The notes below the pieces were generated by a model. The model saw only the letters and a program-made list of their open reading frames with translations, did no database searches and was not told the DNA's origin. Positions 27,771 through 41,435 of a stretch of DNA of 64,000 nucleotides are shown here, piece by piece; within the stretch, counting starts at the first letter, position 1, and each line of letters starts with the position of its first letter. This DNA is from Octopus vulgaris (taxonomy: Eukaryota): the NCBI GenBank assembly GCA_951406725.2, contig OX597819.1, positions 121,520,001-121,584,000 on the forward strand, given 5' to 3'. The position numbers were made by a program, and so were the translations under genes.

Positions 27771-28620
27771 CAACGAGTTTCTTTTAGTTTTTGCCTGCCA
27801 AAGCTGCTTACCAGGCTTTGGTTATCCCAGGGACAATAGTAGCCGACATTTACCCAAGGTGTCGCTCTGTGGATTTGAACTGAAGATCAAATGGTTAGGA
27901 AGCCCACTCCTCAACCACACAACCACACCTGCGGTAGGATTAGGCTCGAAGATCCCTACCAAATGTGTTTTTGGGGCAAATGGGTTTTTTTTATGGTACC
28001 AAGTTTACCATCCTGTAAATAATAATAATGGTATTTTTATATAAGCTTAAAGCTCATGGCAATCACCCTGCAAGGACTAAGGAAAATAGTCTAATAAAGG
28101 GGCATATAAGCCCTCAACAGAAAAAAAGAAAGCTTTCTTATCCATGTGGGAATCGAACCCACATCCCTTTGTTTCATCAGTGAATCATACTTCCTAATGT
28201 GTGTATACACGGAACTGGCAGCAATAGTTGATGTTGATTGGTTACATTGTAAGTCAAGGTAAATGGTATAAGCGAGGTGTGAATGTGTGCATGTATAGGT
28301 ATGTGTGCTTTGTTTATGTATTGTGTGTGTGTGTGTGTTTTGTGTGTGTATATATGTACATGTGGGTAGGTACACATAGGTCTGTATGTATTTATGATTC
28401 CATACAGCTGTGTTTATTAACCAACCTACCTATATGTTTATATTAGTACGTCTTAATGAGTGCCTATATAGGTGTATATCCATATATATGTGTGTGTGTG
28501 TATATATATATATATGTATTTATTATGCACATATATGTAGCTATATGAATGTGTGAATGTATACATATGTGTATATGTATGTACATACACATATATACAT
28601 ACATGTATATATGTGTGTGT

Positions 28621-28658
<38 letters not shown>

Positions 28659-29675
28659 TTATTATGTACATATATGTATCTGTATATGAGTGTGTGCATG
28701 TATATATATATGTATACATATATGTCTATATGTATGTATATACACATATATATATACATACATGTATATATGCGTGTGCATGTATACATACATAAACACA
28801 CACATGCACACACACACACACACATGTATGTATGTATGTATGTATTATGTACATATATGTATCTGCATATGTGTGTGTATATGTATATGTGTGCATACAT
28901 TTTGCCATGGAAACATGTTTATTAACATATTTTACTGACATACTATATATACACTATAAATCACCCCCATCCAAGTTTGTATGTGTGTATATATATGTGT
29001 AAGTTTTTGAGCATATACGCATATATTTGCTATGTCTGTATGCATGTTTGTGTGAGTGCTTCTACATTATATATCTGTATATATAATCATGTATTTACCT
29101 ACATTATATATACTGCTGTTACTGTTCTCTTCAAACAGATCTTAACTTATCTCCAAACTCTCTTTTCATCTGATCATTTATATAACAATTTTTCTTTATA
29201 GAATTTCATATAAATTTAGCTTGTTATTCAGTTTTACCCCCAAAATATTACATTATATTTTTTATCTCGTTTATATGAAAAATTATTCATAATATTTTTT
29301 AAATAAAAAAATAATTAATGACATAGGTGATTAATTTATTTTGAATAAAACAATTTCTCCAGTGTATTAAAAATGGATTTACTGCTTGCTTATACCAACA
29401 AGCAAATATTTACTTATATATATATATAATTTATATAAATTACATTATGTATATATATGTGTGTGTGTGTGTATTGATGTATATATTATGTAAATATATC
29501 ATCATCATCATCATTACCACCACATCATCATCATCATCATCATCATCATCATTTAATGTCCATACATATGCAAACTCATATAGATGCATGTATATGAATA
29601 AGTACATATATATATATATATATCGATCCAGCACATGATCTCAGATCAGGTCACTTGCTATGCAAGTACATCTCC

Positions 29676-29706
<31 letters not shown>

Positions 29707-29717
29707 GTGTGTGTATA

Positions 29718-29875
29718 TGGCTGTGTAGTAAGAAGTTTGCTTACCAGCCACATGGTCCTGGGTTCAGTCTCACTGTGTGGCACCTTGGGCAAATGTTTTC
29801 TACTATAGCCTTGGCCTGACCAAAGCTTTGTGAGTAGATTTGGTCGACAGAAACTGAAAGAAGCCCATCATATAT
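29718..29875 (+). mobile_element. SINE family O, 5' half
   Basis: TGGCTGTGTAGTAAGAAG...GGGTTCAGTC...CACCTTGGGCAAATG. Confidence 0.8.
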
Positions 29876-30255
29876 ATTTAAGTATTTGTGTATACGTTTG
29901 GAGCCTTAAATATGACATGCAATTTATTTAGCAAAAATCGAATGACATTTTTGCAATATACAGGGAAGGCGTTATCAGTGAAAGTCATTTTTGATGTATA
30001 TAAAAAGTATATATCCAAAAGGCTGAATCTTTATTGGTTTTTTTAATCAACTTCCTTAAGCATTTTCATTAAATTTCTTTCTTATTAAAAAGTGGCACTA
30101 ACACGAAAGAATGAGAGAATTATTGTTGTTAAACCAAGAAATGTTTTATTAACCCATAAAGCACTGGGGTTTGCACTTAAACAGCATGGGCTGCTGAGCA
30201 CATTTTATGAAAACGAGACTACCATGGACACATAAAAAACAAAAAATAGTTAAGA

Positions 30256-30507
30256 CTAGCACTATGCCCCGGCAATGTATCAAGTTTCGGGCATCTTGAT
30301 TGGGTTTTCGATAGAAAATTCACAAAAAAGTCACATCTATTGATTTTTTAATGGCTTTGCTGGGTGACTGGGGAAATGTAAAGATGTGCATGACCACCCT
30401 TGGACGGTTTTGAATAACCATAGAAAGTGCGAGCCCTTTAACTGAAAAATTATGGATTTGTATAAAGGACACACACACAGACATTTTGCCATTTATATAT
30501 ATAGAGA
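30256..30507 (-). mobile_element. Non-autonomous Helitron
   Basis: Minus strand begins A|TCTCTATATATATAAATGGC, has a short (GT)n near the 5' end and ends GGGGCATAGTGCTAG|T: 5' TC, 3' CTAG, A/T insertion site. Confidence 0.7.
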
Positions 30508-31504
30508 TATCTTCTTAGTATATAATGGTTGCAAGTTTTACATCATCTGTAAAGTCATTCATTGAACTATTAGTCCTCTTGCCTTCTGGGGGGTATGTAT
30601 CGGAGTGTTGGAGTGACATTAGACCCCAACAAACGCTAAAAAATTAAATGCATCTATCTGGGCCACGATTCTGGCCAGTCGACCTTTGCCTGATGGCCAC
30701 GATCATGGCCCGCCGCATTTTTTCTGTTAATTATACTTTTTATTTCAATTTTACTTTAGAAATTCACCTGATGGGGGCCAATATATTATCAATGAATCCA
30801 TGAAGCGAATCAATGATATATGAAATTTACTGACCCCTGAAGTAAAGGGCTATTACTGTTTTACTGCTTATCCACTTTTGATAAGGAACACATATATAAT
30901 TATCCAAGAAAGTGAATTCCTTTAGTGTTCTCCTGTTATTCTTCTACTTGTTCAAGTCATTGGTCTGTGGCCATGCTGTGGCACTGTTTTAAAAGCTTTA
31001 GTAGATCAAATCAAGCTCTTCTACTTGTTTTTTTAGTATTTTTTTTTGGTATTCTGATATTTATTCAATTTGTCTCTTTTCCTGAACTGCTAATTTATGG
31101 GGATGTAAACAAACCAGCACTAATTGCCAAGTAGTGGTGATGGGGGGGGCAAGGGACAGGCACATACACATGTCCCACATACATACATGCTAGCACACAC
31201 ATGCACCTCATACATATATCATCATCATCATCATCATCCACATCATCACCATCATCATGAATATCATCATCATCATGATCGTCATCATCATCATCATCAT
31301 CATTTAATGTCTCGTTTGCTATGCTGGCACTGTTGGATCATTTAACAGGAGCTAACACGTAAGAGGTATGATAATGAGTGGCAATGCCTGCTTTGATATG
31401 GTTTCTACAGCCAGCTGCCCTTCCTAATGCCAACCACTTTATAATAAAGTGCACTGGGCACCATTTTGTGGAATATCTGTATATGTGTGTGTATATATAT
31501 ATGT

Positions 31505-31675
31505 ATACAGAAAAACAAAAGAAGACAGATGTATAAACAACAAGCAGGTGTATTAGTTTAATGCTCAGGAAGGTGAGAAAGTCTTTTACGTTTCGAGCCT
31601 ATGCTCTTCAACAGAAAGGAACATGAGAAAATAAACAGAAAGAGAATAAAAAATGTTTGGAGTTAGCGGTCAATC
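31505..31675 (-). mobile_element. Penelope-like short element (family B) with a minimal hammerhead-like fold at 31583-31618
   Basis: Minus: CTTT-CTGTTGA-A-GAGC-ATAG-GCTC-GAAA-CG-TA-AAAG; homologous copies at 39410-39516 and 60890-61045. Confidence 0.65.
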
Positions 31676-32269
31676 ATTATATGCATATATAATATGTGGA
31701 CCATACACAAAATTTCTGTTTACCAAATTCATATACAAGGCATTGGCTAACCCAGCGCTATGGTTGAAATGGTTGCAATCACATAACCAAGGGGCTGTGC
31801 AATGGGATTGAACCTAAAACTCTGTGATTGCAAAGCAAGCTTCTTAACCCCACAGCCAAGCCTGTGGTTATACCTGTAATATATGCCTGTAACTTCAGAT
31901 CGTTCAATGAATTATTACTTATTTCTCAGAAATTAATTTTTAATCATTTATTTACTTATTAACTTAGTATAAAAATAAGATACTAAATGGCGGTTTATAT
32001 CAAAGATATTTTTCCATGTTTTGTATAGATATTCTGTCAATACTTTTGTTAATATCAGAAAGTTTTTTGTTGCTATTTCTTTGTTATGATTAAATATTTA
32101 TTCTTATACAATGCAAATGTAAAAAATCTATCATAAATACATATAGACACAATTGATCGTTATGCTCACATATACATACCTACATAATAGCATATATGTA
32201 TATATGTCATTTATGGTACATACCTATATGTAAATGTGTGTATATGCATATGTGTGTATACATATATGT

Positions 32270-32363
32270 GTTGCAGCCTTCTGGCTTCCCAGATCCCAGT
32301 TGAACTGTCCAACCCATGCTAGCATGGAAAGCAGCCATTAAACGATGATGATGATGATGATGA
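32270..32363 (+). mobile_element. Family R 3' fragment with (GAT)n tail
   Basis: GTCCAACCCATGCTAGCATGGAAAGCAGCCATTAAACGATGATG. Confidence 0.8.
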
Positions 32364-32418
32364 TATACATATATCATTATTATTATTATAATTATTATTA
32401 ATATTATTATTATTATCA

Positions 32419-32467
<49 letters not shown>

Positions 32468-32474
32468 CATCATC

Positions 32475-32549
<75 letters not shown>

Positions 32550-32558
<9 letters not shown>

Positions 32559-32760
32559 GAGATAGAAAACAGAGAGATCTAATGGATGTAAATTAATTTA
32601 TTAATAAATTAATATATTCACCTGTAATTGTTTCATTTCACAAACAAAATTAAAATTACGACATTCTTGTGAAATGAAACGATTGCAGGTGAAAATGTTG
32701 ATTAATTAATAAATTAATTTGTATCCAGTAGATCCCTTTGTTTTCTAACTTGATAATAAT
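32550..32760 (+). repeat. Long inverted repeat (94-bp ungapped arms, 23-nt loop)
   Basis: Arms 32550-32643 and 32667-32760 are reverse complements with 14 mismatches by hand alignment. Confidence 0.9.
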
Positions 32761-32906
32761 ATTTGATATTTTAGAATATTTTTTTATAATATACTCATTG
32801 TAGAAATATCTCTTCAAAATATGATTATATTAAACTAGCGTATCTTGGATAAAAAAATTCCTATTTAAGATTGAAATAGCTTTATTGTGATTATATACAC
32901 ATATGC

Positions 32907-32969
<63 letters not shown>

Positions 32970-33368
32970 TGTATGTATGTATGTATATATATGTATGTAT
33001 GTATGTATGTATATATATGTATATATATACATATACACCCATGATGATACATGTATGTGTGTATCTGTGTAGATGTGCTTGTGAGCATGTGTATGTATCT
33101 GAATTTATTTGTGTGTATCTGTATATGTGTGGGCAGGATGTGTCAGTATAAAAATAGCTCTTCTATTATCTATTGAGTTCTCTCTTTTTTGTGACAATCA
33201 TAAGAGCCCTGTTTCCTTCTCTCTACAACTTTCATCCAATGGACATTGGTCCAAAATTTACATTATTTACATTTGACGGATGTTTGTCCTCATCCTGTTT
33301 GTTGATATAATAAATAACATGTTTAGTTCCGACTGCAACATCGAATCTTGAGTATTCTATTCAGGTCA

Positions 33369-33406
<38 letters not shown>

Positions 33407-33489
33407 TAACAACAACAACAATAATAATGATAATAATAATAATAATAATAATAATATTAATAATAATAATAATAGTAATAATAATAATA

Positions 33490-33660
33490 TCGAAAAATAC
33501 CTTAGGAATGAGAACCCAGGTTCGAAATTTCCCCAGGACACCTGATGAATGCTGGAGGGTATATCAGCTGAAACGTTGTGTTAACAATGAGGACAAATAT
33601 CCGTCAAATGTAACTAAAGTGAATAATGTATATAATTCCTCATCTCTTAAATATGGAACT
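33490..33660 (+). mobile_element. Penelope-like short element (family C) following (AAT)n; inverted partial copy at 33256-33304
   Basis: Carries the hammerhead at 33537-33582; ATGAGGACAAAYATCCGTCAAATGTAA is present in both orientations. Confidence 0.65.
33537..33582 (+). ncRNA. Minimal type-I hammerhead ribozyme motif with a canonical core
   Basis: Stem I GACAC/GTGTT, core CTGATGA, stem II GCTGG/TCAGC, GAAA, palindromic ACGT stem III, GUU cleavage triplet; stem II closing pair is a U.U mismatch in this copy. Confidence 0.6.
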
Positions 33661-34320
33661 ATTATCTGGGCCAAAAGCTTGATCAATACGGTGATTATTG
33701 TTGACATTATAATTCCACATTTTTGAAGAATGTAATCAATAATTAGTAAATATATTTTAGCACTTAAATTCAGAGTTCATGATTGTTATATACATTCATT
33801 CATACACACTCACATATATAGATGTGTGTGTGCATGACTGTGTGCTTGTGTGTGTGTATTTCTTTACAATAATGAAGTATACTGACTTGCACAATAGATA
33901 GGGGTGGAGATAGGGGTGGCTGGCAGTGGTAAGAGCATCCAACCACAAAGATGCGGCTTAGGAAAAATTGATCTTGAACAAATAAAAATACAATGGAATA
34001 TATGTGTGTGTGTGTTGGAATATACATATGAATATATATATAAATATGTACATGTGTATATATATATATATATATATGCGCACAAACGCACATAGCACAC
34101 ACACATTTATACATGTGTATATGTGTGAGATTATGTAACCCTATTCATTTGTGTATAAATATATATATAAGTGTTTGTGACTGATACATAAGTAAAATTT
34201 ACTAGGTGACTATCTTCATATATTTCTCTCCCTCTCTTTGTATACATACATACATACATATATATATATATATAAATACACACACACATATATGCACACT
34301 TATATATATACACACACACA

Positions 34321-34369
<49 letters not shown>

Positions 34370-34547
34370 GTATAGACATATATATATATGTATACATTCA
34401 TGCGTATGTAGGTATATATGCATATACATACATATAAATATATATATGTATATACATACACACACACACACACACATATATATATATTTATATATATATA
34501 TATATATACATATATCTATATCTATATATCTATATCTATATATATAG

Positions 34548-34592
<45 letters not shown>

Positions 34593-35413
34593 GCGTATTT
34601 ATATACAATGTTATGCATGTAAATAATTATATATATATATTCATATATATATGTGTTTGTACACATCTATGTATATGCATACACACAAATGCACATCCAC
34701 ATATATAAAAGCAAATGCATACATATGCACGCACGAAATCCCCACGCCCCGCAAAAAACCCTAGAATCCAGCAATATTCAAAATTTTTTTTTTCTAGTTT
34801 CTAAATATATAAAAGAAATACATTACCAATAAATTCTTGACAATATCATTACTTATTTACAATTGATCATGTGTTAAACTCCTCTACAAACATATCCTTT
34901 CACACACTTGACAGAATAACTTTGATGTCATTTCACGCTTTTTTTTGTCTTTTAATAAAATACTGAAGATTCCATGTTGCAGTTGGAACTCAACATGCTA
35001 TTTGCTACATGTTTTATAATATCTACATGTTTAGAGCAAACATGTTTATTTAATAAACGGATTTAGTGTAGATTTGTGTATAATTCTTTATACTCGCCTT
35101 TGATTATTTATCTTCTGTTTCTCAGCATTTGTAAATATGTATGGTTGGATGTTTGCTTCCAGGTGTATATATGTGTGTGTGTGTGTATTAAGGTGTAGAA
35201 CAGGTGAAAATCATTCAAAATATTTGGATTTACACCTGCAAATATTTTCTCTTTATTCGTACATTCATACATATATTCAGACATACATTCAACCATACAT
35301 GTATTTGGGTATGTACAAATGTATGTACATGCACAAGAGTATTCATGTGTATGTTTGTCTGCGTGTGTGTGCGTATGTGTGCATGTGTATGTGTATATAT
35401 ATGTTTGTATATA

Positions 35414-35461
<48 letters not shown>

Positions 35462-35514
35462 AATAAATATGTATATATCTACTATATATATATATATATG
35501 TATATATGTAAATA

Positions 35515-35562
<48 letters not shown>

Positions 35563-36491
35563 TATATGCCAACACACATACACATCGATATGTATATATT
35601 GTAACCTGTAAGGCAAATGGTCAAATTTTTCAATATGTAATATATATATATATAGCAGACATTTACAGACACATTTTGTGAGCAAAAACATATTCTGGTT
35701 CCACACCTGCATGTGAATGCACACAAATGCACACGCATACACACATATATACACGCTTACATACAAGCATCATTACAAACGCCATCACATATGCAATGCA
35801 TATCATTTTCTAAATAAAATACCTGAAACTTCAAATATAAGAAAATTAACCAAAATATAGTCTAATAATTTTTGTAAAAAAAAAATGTTTATTTTTGTTA
35901 ATCAATTTTATCAATTCAATTAATTTTATTTAAATTTCCACGCTGCTTCCTAATAAATTATTTAATCAAATTTACCTTATTTACTATAGGTTTATAAACA
36001 AAACAGTTACTTGGCAAGGCATTTGACTCATAATATAAATTCATTTAATTATGGAATTTCAAATGTTAAAACACAGACAACATATTTCAAACCAAAATTA
36101 TTTCATCACATTTGGCATCTTTGAATTATGTTTCATTTCTCTTCATTTTTTTTTCGATGTTTTGTATATGTATGAATTATTTATAATAAACACCAGAATG
36201 CAATCTGCAACAGAATTGCGATTATTATTACTATTATTATTATTGTTATTATTATTGTTGTTGTTGTTGTTATTAATAATTGCGATTATTATTACTATTA
36301 TTATTATTGTTATTATTACTGATGTTGTTGCTGCCATGGTTACTGTTACTATTAGTATCTTCAAAGCAACATCATCGTCATAACTATCACCAACACTGGC
36401 ATTGGCTTAATCATTAATGAACACACACACACACATACTCACACACACACACACTCACATTTATATACATATATGTATGTATGCATGTATA

Positions 36492-36535
<44 letters not shown>

Positions 36536-36855
36536 TATACAAATATATAAACAGTGATCTGTAAATGTAAATTTCAATATGCATATATATGTGTATATAA
36601 TTATATGTAAAACTTGGATATCATATATGTATATATATATACATACACACACACAGCCAAATTTTACATATAAATATATGCAAATATATACATATGTTTA
36701 CATATATATATACATACATTTTAAGTTATATATGTGTTATACATATATATATATATTTATATATATGCATACATATATTTATATATGTATGCATATATAT
36801 ATACATATATATGTACACTATATATATATATGTGTGTGTGTATATGTACACACAT

Positions 36856-36890
<35 letters not shown>

Positions 36891-37351
36891 AATATACTTG
36901 TAAAATATGCACACATGTTGTTGCATGATGTTTATTTGTATTCCAGCATATTTTCCTTCTATTATTGAAAAATCTCTTTAAATTGTTTTTAATTTCCAAA
37001 CAGACTCAAGAAATATCCCCATGATATTTAATTAGTGCTTCTTTGAAAAGCAAAATAATTAGCTGAGGAAAATTATTCCTTAGAATTGCTTCTGACAATA
37101 AATAAATGAAAATGTAATTAGATACATAAATAAATATAATGACATTGGAATTTATAAGAGATGTAAATTTAATTTAATTACTCAAATGAAAAACAAAACA
37201 CAAGACAAATTAGTAAGAAAATTGAACAAAAAGATGCTTTAATTAATCAATGATCTTTTTTTCCTCTCATATTTGTTTATACACAGATACAAATAATGTA
37301 TATATACACATATACATAAATATATATTTATGTATGTTTATATTAATTCCT

Positions 37352-37386
<35 letters not shown>

Positions 37387-37504
37387 AATTATATATGCGC
37401 GTGTATGTGTTTATATATATTTATAATATATATTTATATAAATATCTACCAATATGCATAATATTAATTGTTGACATGCATATATGTACATGTACATACA
37501 GAAA

Positions 37505-37557
<53 letters not shown>

Positions 37558-37570
37558 GCACACAACATAC

Positions 37571-37651
<81 letters not shown>

Positions 37652-38086
37652 TATGCATATATATACATATATATGCATATATATACACACATATAAATAT
37701 ATGTATGGATGTATGCATGTGGGTAGTTTTGTGCAATTTAATGTAAATGGAGCTTTGTATATAATATTAATTCAGATCTTGTCTGTTTATGTGAAAACTC
37801 ATCATGCTTGCTTCTTTTCATACTTAAAAAAAAAACCTCTAAAACAAATTCTTATGATAATTTTATTAAAATCATTGCAGCTTCATTATATTTCATTATA
37901 ATTGCTCAGTAATTATACTTATGCCTCGTTAGATACATCACTTAGCAAATGTCACTGTTTATATGCAGTATACCTGAATGTGTACATATGCACACATGTA
38001 TGCCCTTTTATGCATGTATGTGTGTATACATACATGCATACATGCATTCATACATACATACATACATACATACATACATACATACA

Positions 38087-38117
<31 letters not shown>

Positions 38118-38131
38118 CATACATACATACA

Positions 38132-38194
<63 letters not shown>

Positions 38195-38219
38195 CATACA
38201 TATATGTATATAACTTTTC

Positions 38220-38400
38220 TAGTGAAGGCACAATGCCTCAGATTTGTGGGGAGGTGACTAGTCAATGATTGTATTGACCCCAGTGTTTCACTGGTATTGA
38301 ATTTATTGACCATGACAGGATGAAAGGCAAAATTGACCTCAGCGGAATTTGAACATAGCAACAGGTGAAATACCACTAAGCGTTTCTGCCAGCTCGCCTC
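38220..38400 (-). mobile_element. SINE family M, degenerate
   Basis: GGATGAAAGGCAAAATTGACCTCAGCGGAATTTGAAC...TTCTGCCAGCTCGCC. Confidence 0.75.
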
Positions 38401-38407
38401 CTTTTTG

Positions 38408-38438
<31 letters not shown>

Positions 38439-38455
38439 CACATATACATATACAT

Positions 38456-38513
<58 letters not shown>

Positions 38514-38771
38514 TTATATATAATCAGTCTATCTATCTATCTGTCTATATGTAAATATACATATACTTTTCTATATATTTATTATATTTTGGGCATTACT
38601 ACATGTAAATGCCTCATGCTATGAGGAACTCTTAAAGTCAAAACTACTATAATAAATATTCAATGTACCGGCAGCGGAGGAATGTAACTTGGAAGCTGCC
38701 TCCTAAAAACAGGTTCAGCTGCAAATTGTATGATTCGATAGTTATTGTACATATTAAATTTTAAAATATAT

Positions 38772-38846
<75 letters not shown>

Positions 38847-39409
38847 AACCTGAATCTGTAAATTACTGTCTGTGAGTTAAACTTTTATGTTTCTTTGATT
38901 TCTGATGCTTTGGGAAATGGGTGTGCCTTGCACGGATATCACTTGGGTCTGTTCGGGTCCTGCTTTAAAGCTCAACTCATTGCTGATATTACTGTTTCCC
39001 GACTGAGGGACCACGTCATTGACATTAAGTTCATCTGTTCACTGTGCCATAACACATGCAGTTCCTACTATCTATGGTACATGCACTTGTACAGTCTCAC
39101 ATATAGTTTCATATTGGTTTATAGATGTACACCACTCATGCATACACACGTACATATATGCACATGCACACAGACACACACATATACATGCACACACATA
39201 TATGCACATTCACACACGCACATATATGCACATACATGCACACACACACACACACAGACATACATACTTATATTATGTATCTTTATATATATGTATAGGT
39301 ATTTTTATGTTTTTACTTATATATACATATACATTTATAGACATATATGTATATATATATGAATGTTCATAGAAAATACATATATATGACTGCTAAATCT
39401 ACCCATGTT

Positions 39410-39516
39410 TTTTACATTGTCTTTCTGTTTATTTTCTCTTATTCCTCTCTGTCGAAGAGCAAAAGCTCAAAATATAAAACACTTTCTCATTTTACTGAGC
39501 GTCAAACTAACACACC
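39410..39516 (+). mobile_element. Family B element with a decayed hammerhead-like fold at 39445-39480
   Basis: CTCT-CTGTCGA-A-GAGC-AAAA-GCTC-AAAA-TA-TA-AAAC, followed by the family B tail CTGAGCGTCAAACTAA. Confidence 0.6.
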
Positions 39517-39705
39517 TTTCTCTTTTACTTGTTACAGTCATTATGACTGTGGCCATATACACGACCTCGAACCCACAAGAGTAAACAAGAGACACAGAGA
39601 CAGGCCGAAACAAGGAAAATGCTCCTTGTATTTGAATACTATGCAAATATTCTTTTAAAAAACTTTTCGTTTATTTTTCCAAAATTTAATTGTTTTCCAT
39701 ACTTA

Positions 39706-39744
39706 CAGTTGAAAAAGTCTCAATGACGACCGAAACCTGTACTG
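39706..39744 (+). ncRNA. Minimal type-I hammerhead-like motif with a U3-A8 core (element family D, about 39560-39798)
   Basis: CAG-TTGAAAA-AGTC-TCAATGAC-GACC-GAAA-CCTG-TA-CTG; stem I CAG/CTG, stem II GTC/GAC. Confidence 0.45.
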
Positions 39745-40288
39745 AAATGTGTTTTATACAATTAATTTAGCATTTTCTACCTTGACTTTTTTTTTTCCAT
39801 ATATCTATCTATATATATGTAGATGTATTCATGTACCCATTATTGTTATCTATATGTATGCATATATAAATGCATGTATATATGTATGCACATCTGTGTG
39901 TTGGTGTATATGTATGCACATCTGTATGTTACTGTATATGTAAGTGCATCAGTGCGTATGTGTCAGTGTATCTAGTTTCAAGCATTTCACATTTCATATT
40001 TAATCATTTCCAGACGTATCTTCTGGAAATTTCTTCAAACAAATTCCACCCCACCCACACACACACCTCACGCAGAAGATACCAAATTAGGTAGATTTAT
40101 TTATTCCCTATTACTAATTGATAAACAATAATTACTTACAATTTAGATCTATTTTTCCATTTTTTTCCCCCTATTTTCATAATTATCAATTTGTTTTTCC
40201 CTGACAATAACTTAATAAAATGAACTTTAATAAGTTTTAGAAATAAATTACTTTGTGATGGAATTCTTACCAATCAAAGAATAACACG

Positions 40289-40388
<100 letters not shown>

Positions 40389-40404
40389 ACAATAGACATG
40401 TACA

Positions 40405-40630
40405 TATTCTTTTGCTCTTTTATTTCTTTCTGTCATTTGACTGTAGCCATGCTGAAGCACTGCCTTTATTTGTCAAACAAATCGACCCCAGAACTTATTC
40501 TTTGTAAGCCTAGTACTTGTTCTATCGATCTCTTTTGCCGAACTGCTAAGTTAGAGGGATGTAGAGACACCAACATCTTTTGTCAAGTGATGGTGGAGTG
40601 GGGGATAAACACAGATGCATAAACACATAC
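40405..40630 (-). mobile_element. SINE family O, 3' half
   Basis: TCATTTGACTGTAGCCATGCTG...TTGTAAGCCTAGTACTTG. Confidence 0.8.
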
Positions 40631-40635
40631 ATATA

Positions 40636-40870
40636 CAGGGTGGCCCAAAAGTAGGTTCACAGTGATCATGTAGGCACTTAAAATTTCTTTTAAAAGATTT
40701 TATTACGTTTAAATTTCTATTTCACAAACTGAAGAGGGATCTTGACAAAATTAACTAAATTAGCATAGAATAATGGTTTCATATTCTTTTATAATTAAGA
40801 ATTAAACTGTTAATAAATGAATGCGAAAGAGAGAGTTGAATAAATGTAAACCTGCTTTTGGGCCACCCTG
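40636..40870. mobile_element. Tc1/mariner-type MITE, intact ends
   Basis: TIRs CAGGGTGGCCCAAAAGTAGGTT / AACCTGCTTTTGGGCCACCCTG (21/22 match), TA on both sides. Confidence 0.9.
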
Positions 40871-40874
40871 TATT

Positions 40875-41240
40875 TTTTTATTCTTTTACTTGTTTCAGTC
40901 ATTTGACTGCGACCATGCTGGAGCACTGCCTTTAGTCGAGCATATCAACCCCAGGACTTATTCTTTGTAAGCCTGGTACGTATTCTATCAGTCCCTTTTG
41001 CCGAACCACTAAGATACAGGGATGTAAACACACCAGCATCGGTTGTCAAATTATGTTGGGGTGACAAACACAAATACACAAACACAGACAGACACACACA
41101 CTCACACACACACACACATACGATGTGCTTCTTTCAGTTTCCGTCTACCAAATCCACTCACAAGGCTTTGGTCAGCCTGAAGCTACAGTAGAAGACACTT
41201 GCCCAAGGTGCTATGCAGTGGGACTGACCCTGGAACCATG
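40875..41240 (-). mobile_element. SINE family O, near full length
   Basis: TTTTACTTGTTTCAGTCATTTGACTGCG...AGAAGACACTTGCCCAAGGTG...GGGACTGACCCTGGAACCATG. Confidence 0.85.
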
Positions 41241-41304
41241 TAGTGATGATGATGGTGGTGGTGATGGTCGTGGTGGGGGTGGGGGTGGTGATCTCTTCTA
41301 CGAT

Positions 41305-41435
41305 TGACACAGAGCCTGAAATTTTGAGGGTAGGGGTGCTAGTCAATTACATTAACACCAGTACTCAACTGGTACTTACTGTATTGACCTTGAAAGGGTG
41401 AAAGCCAAAACAGTCAGCCTCGGTGGAATTTGAAC
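41305..41435 (-). mobile_element. SINE family M fragment
   Basis: CAACTGGTACTTAC...GGGTGAAAGCC...CCTCGGTGGAATTTGAAC. Confidence 0.65.

Noticed and set aside
30764-30850. CTGATGG followed by a GGGG...CCCC long stem and TGAAG
   Set aside because: Core is altered at several positions and no stem I complement is found; at best a heavily decayed hammerhead
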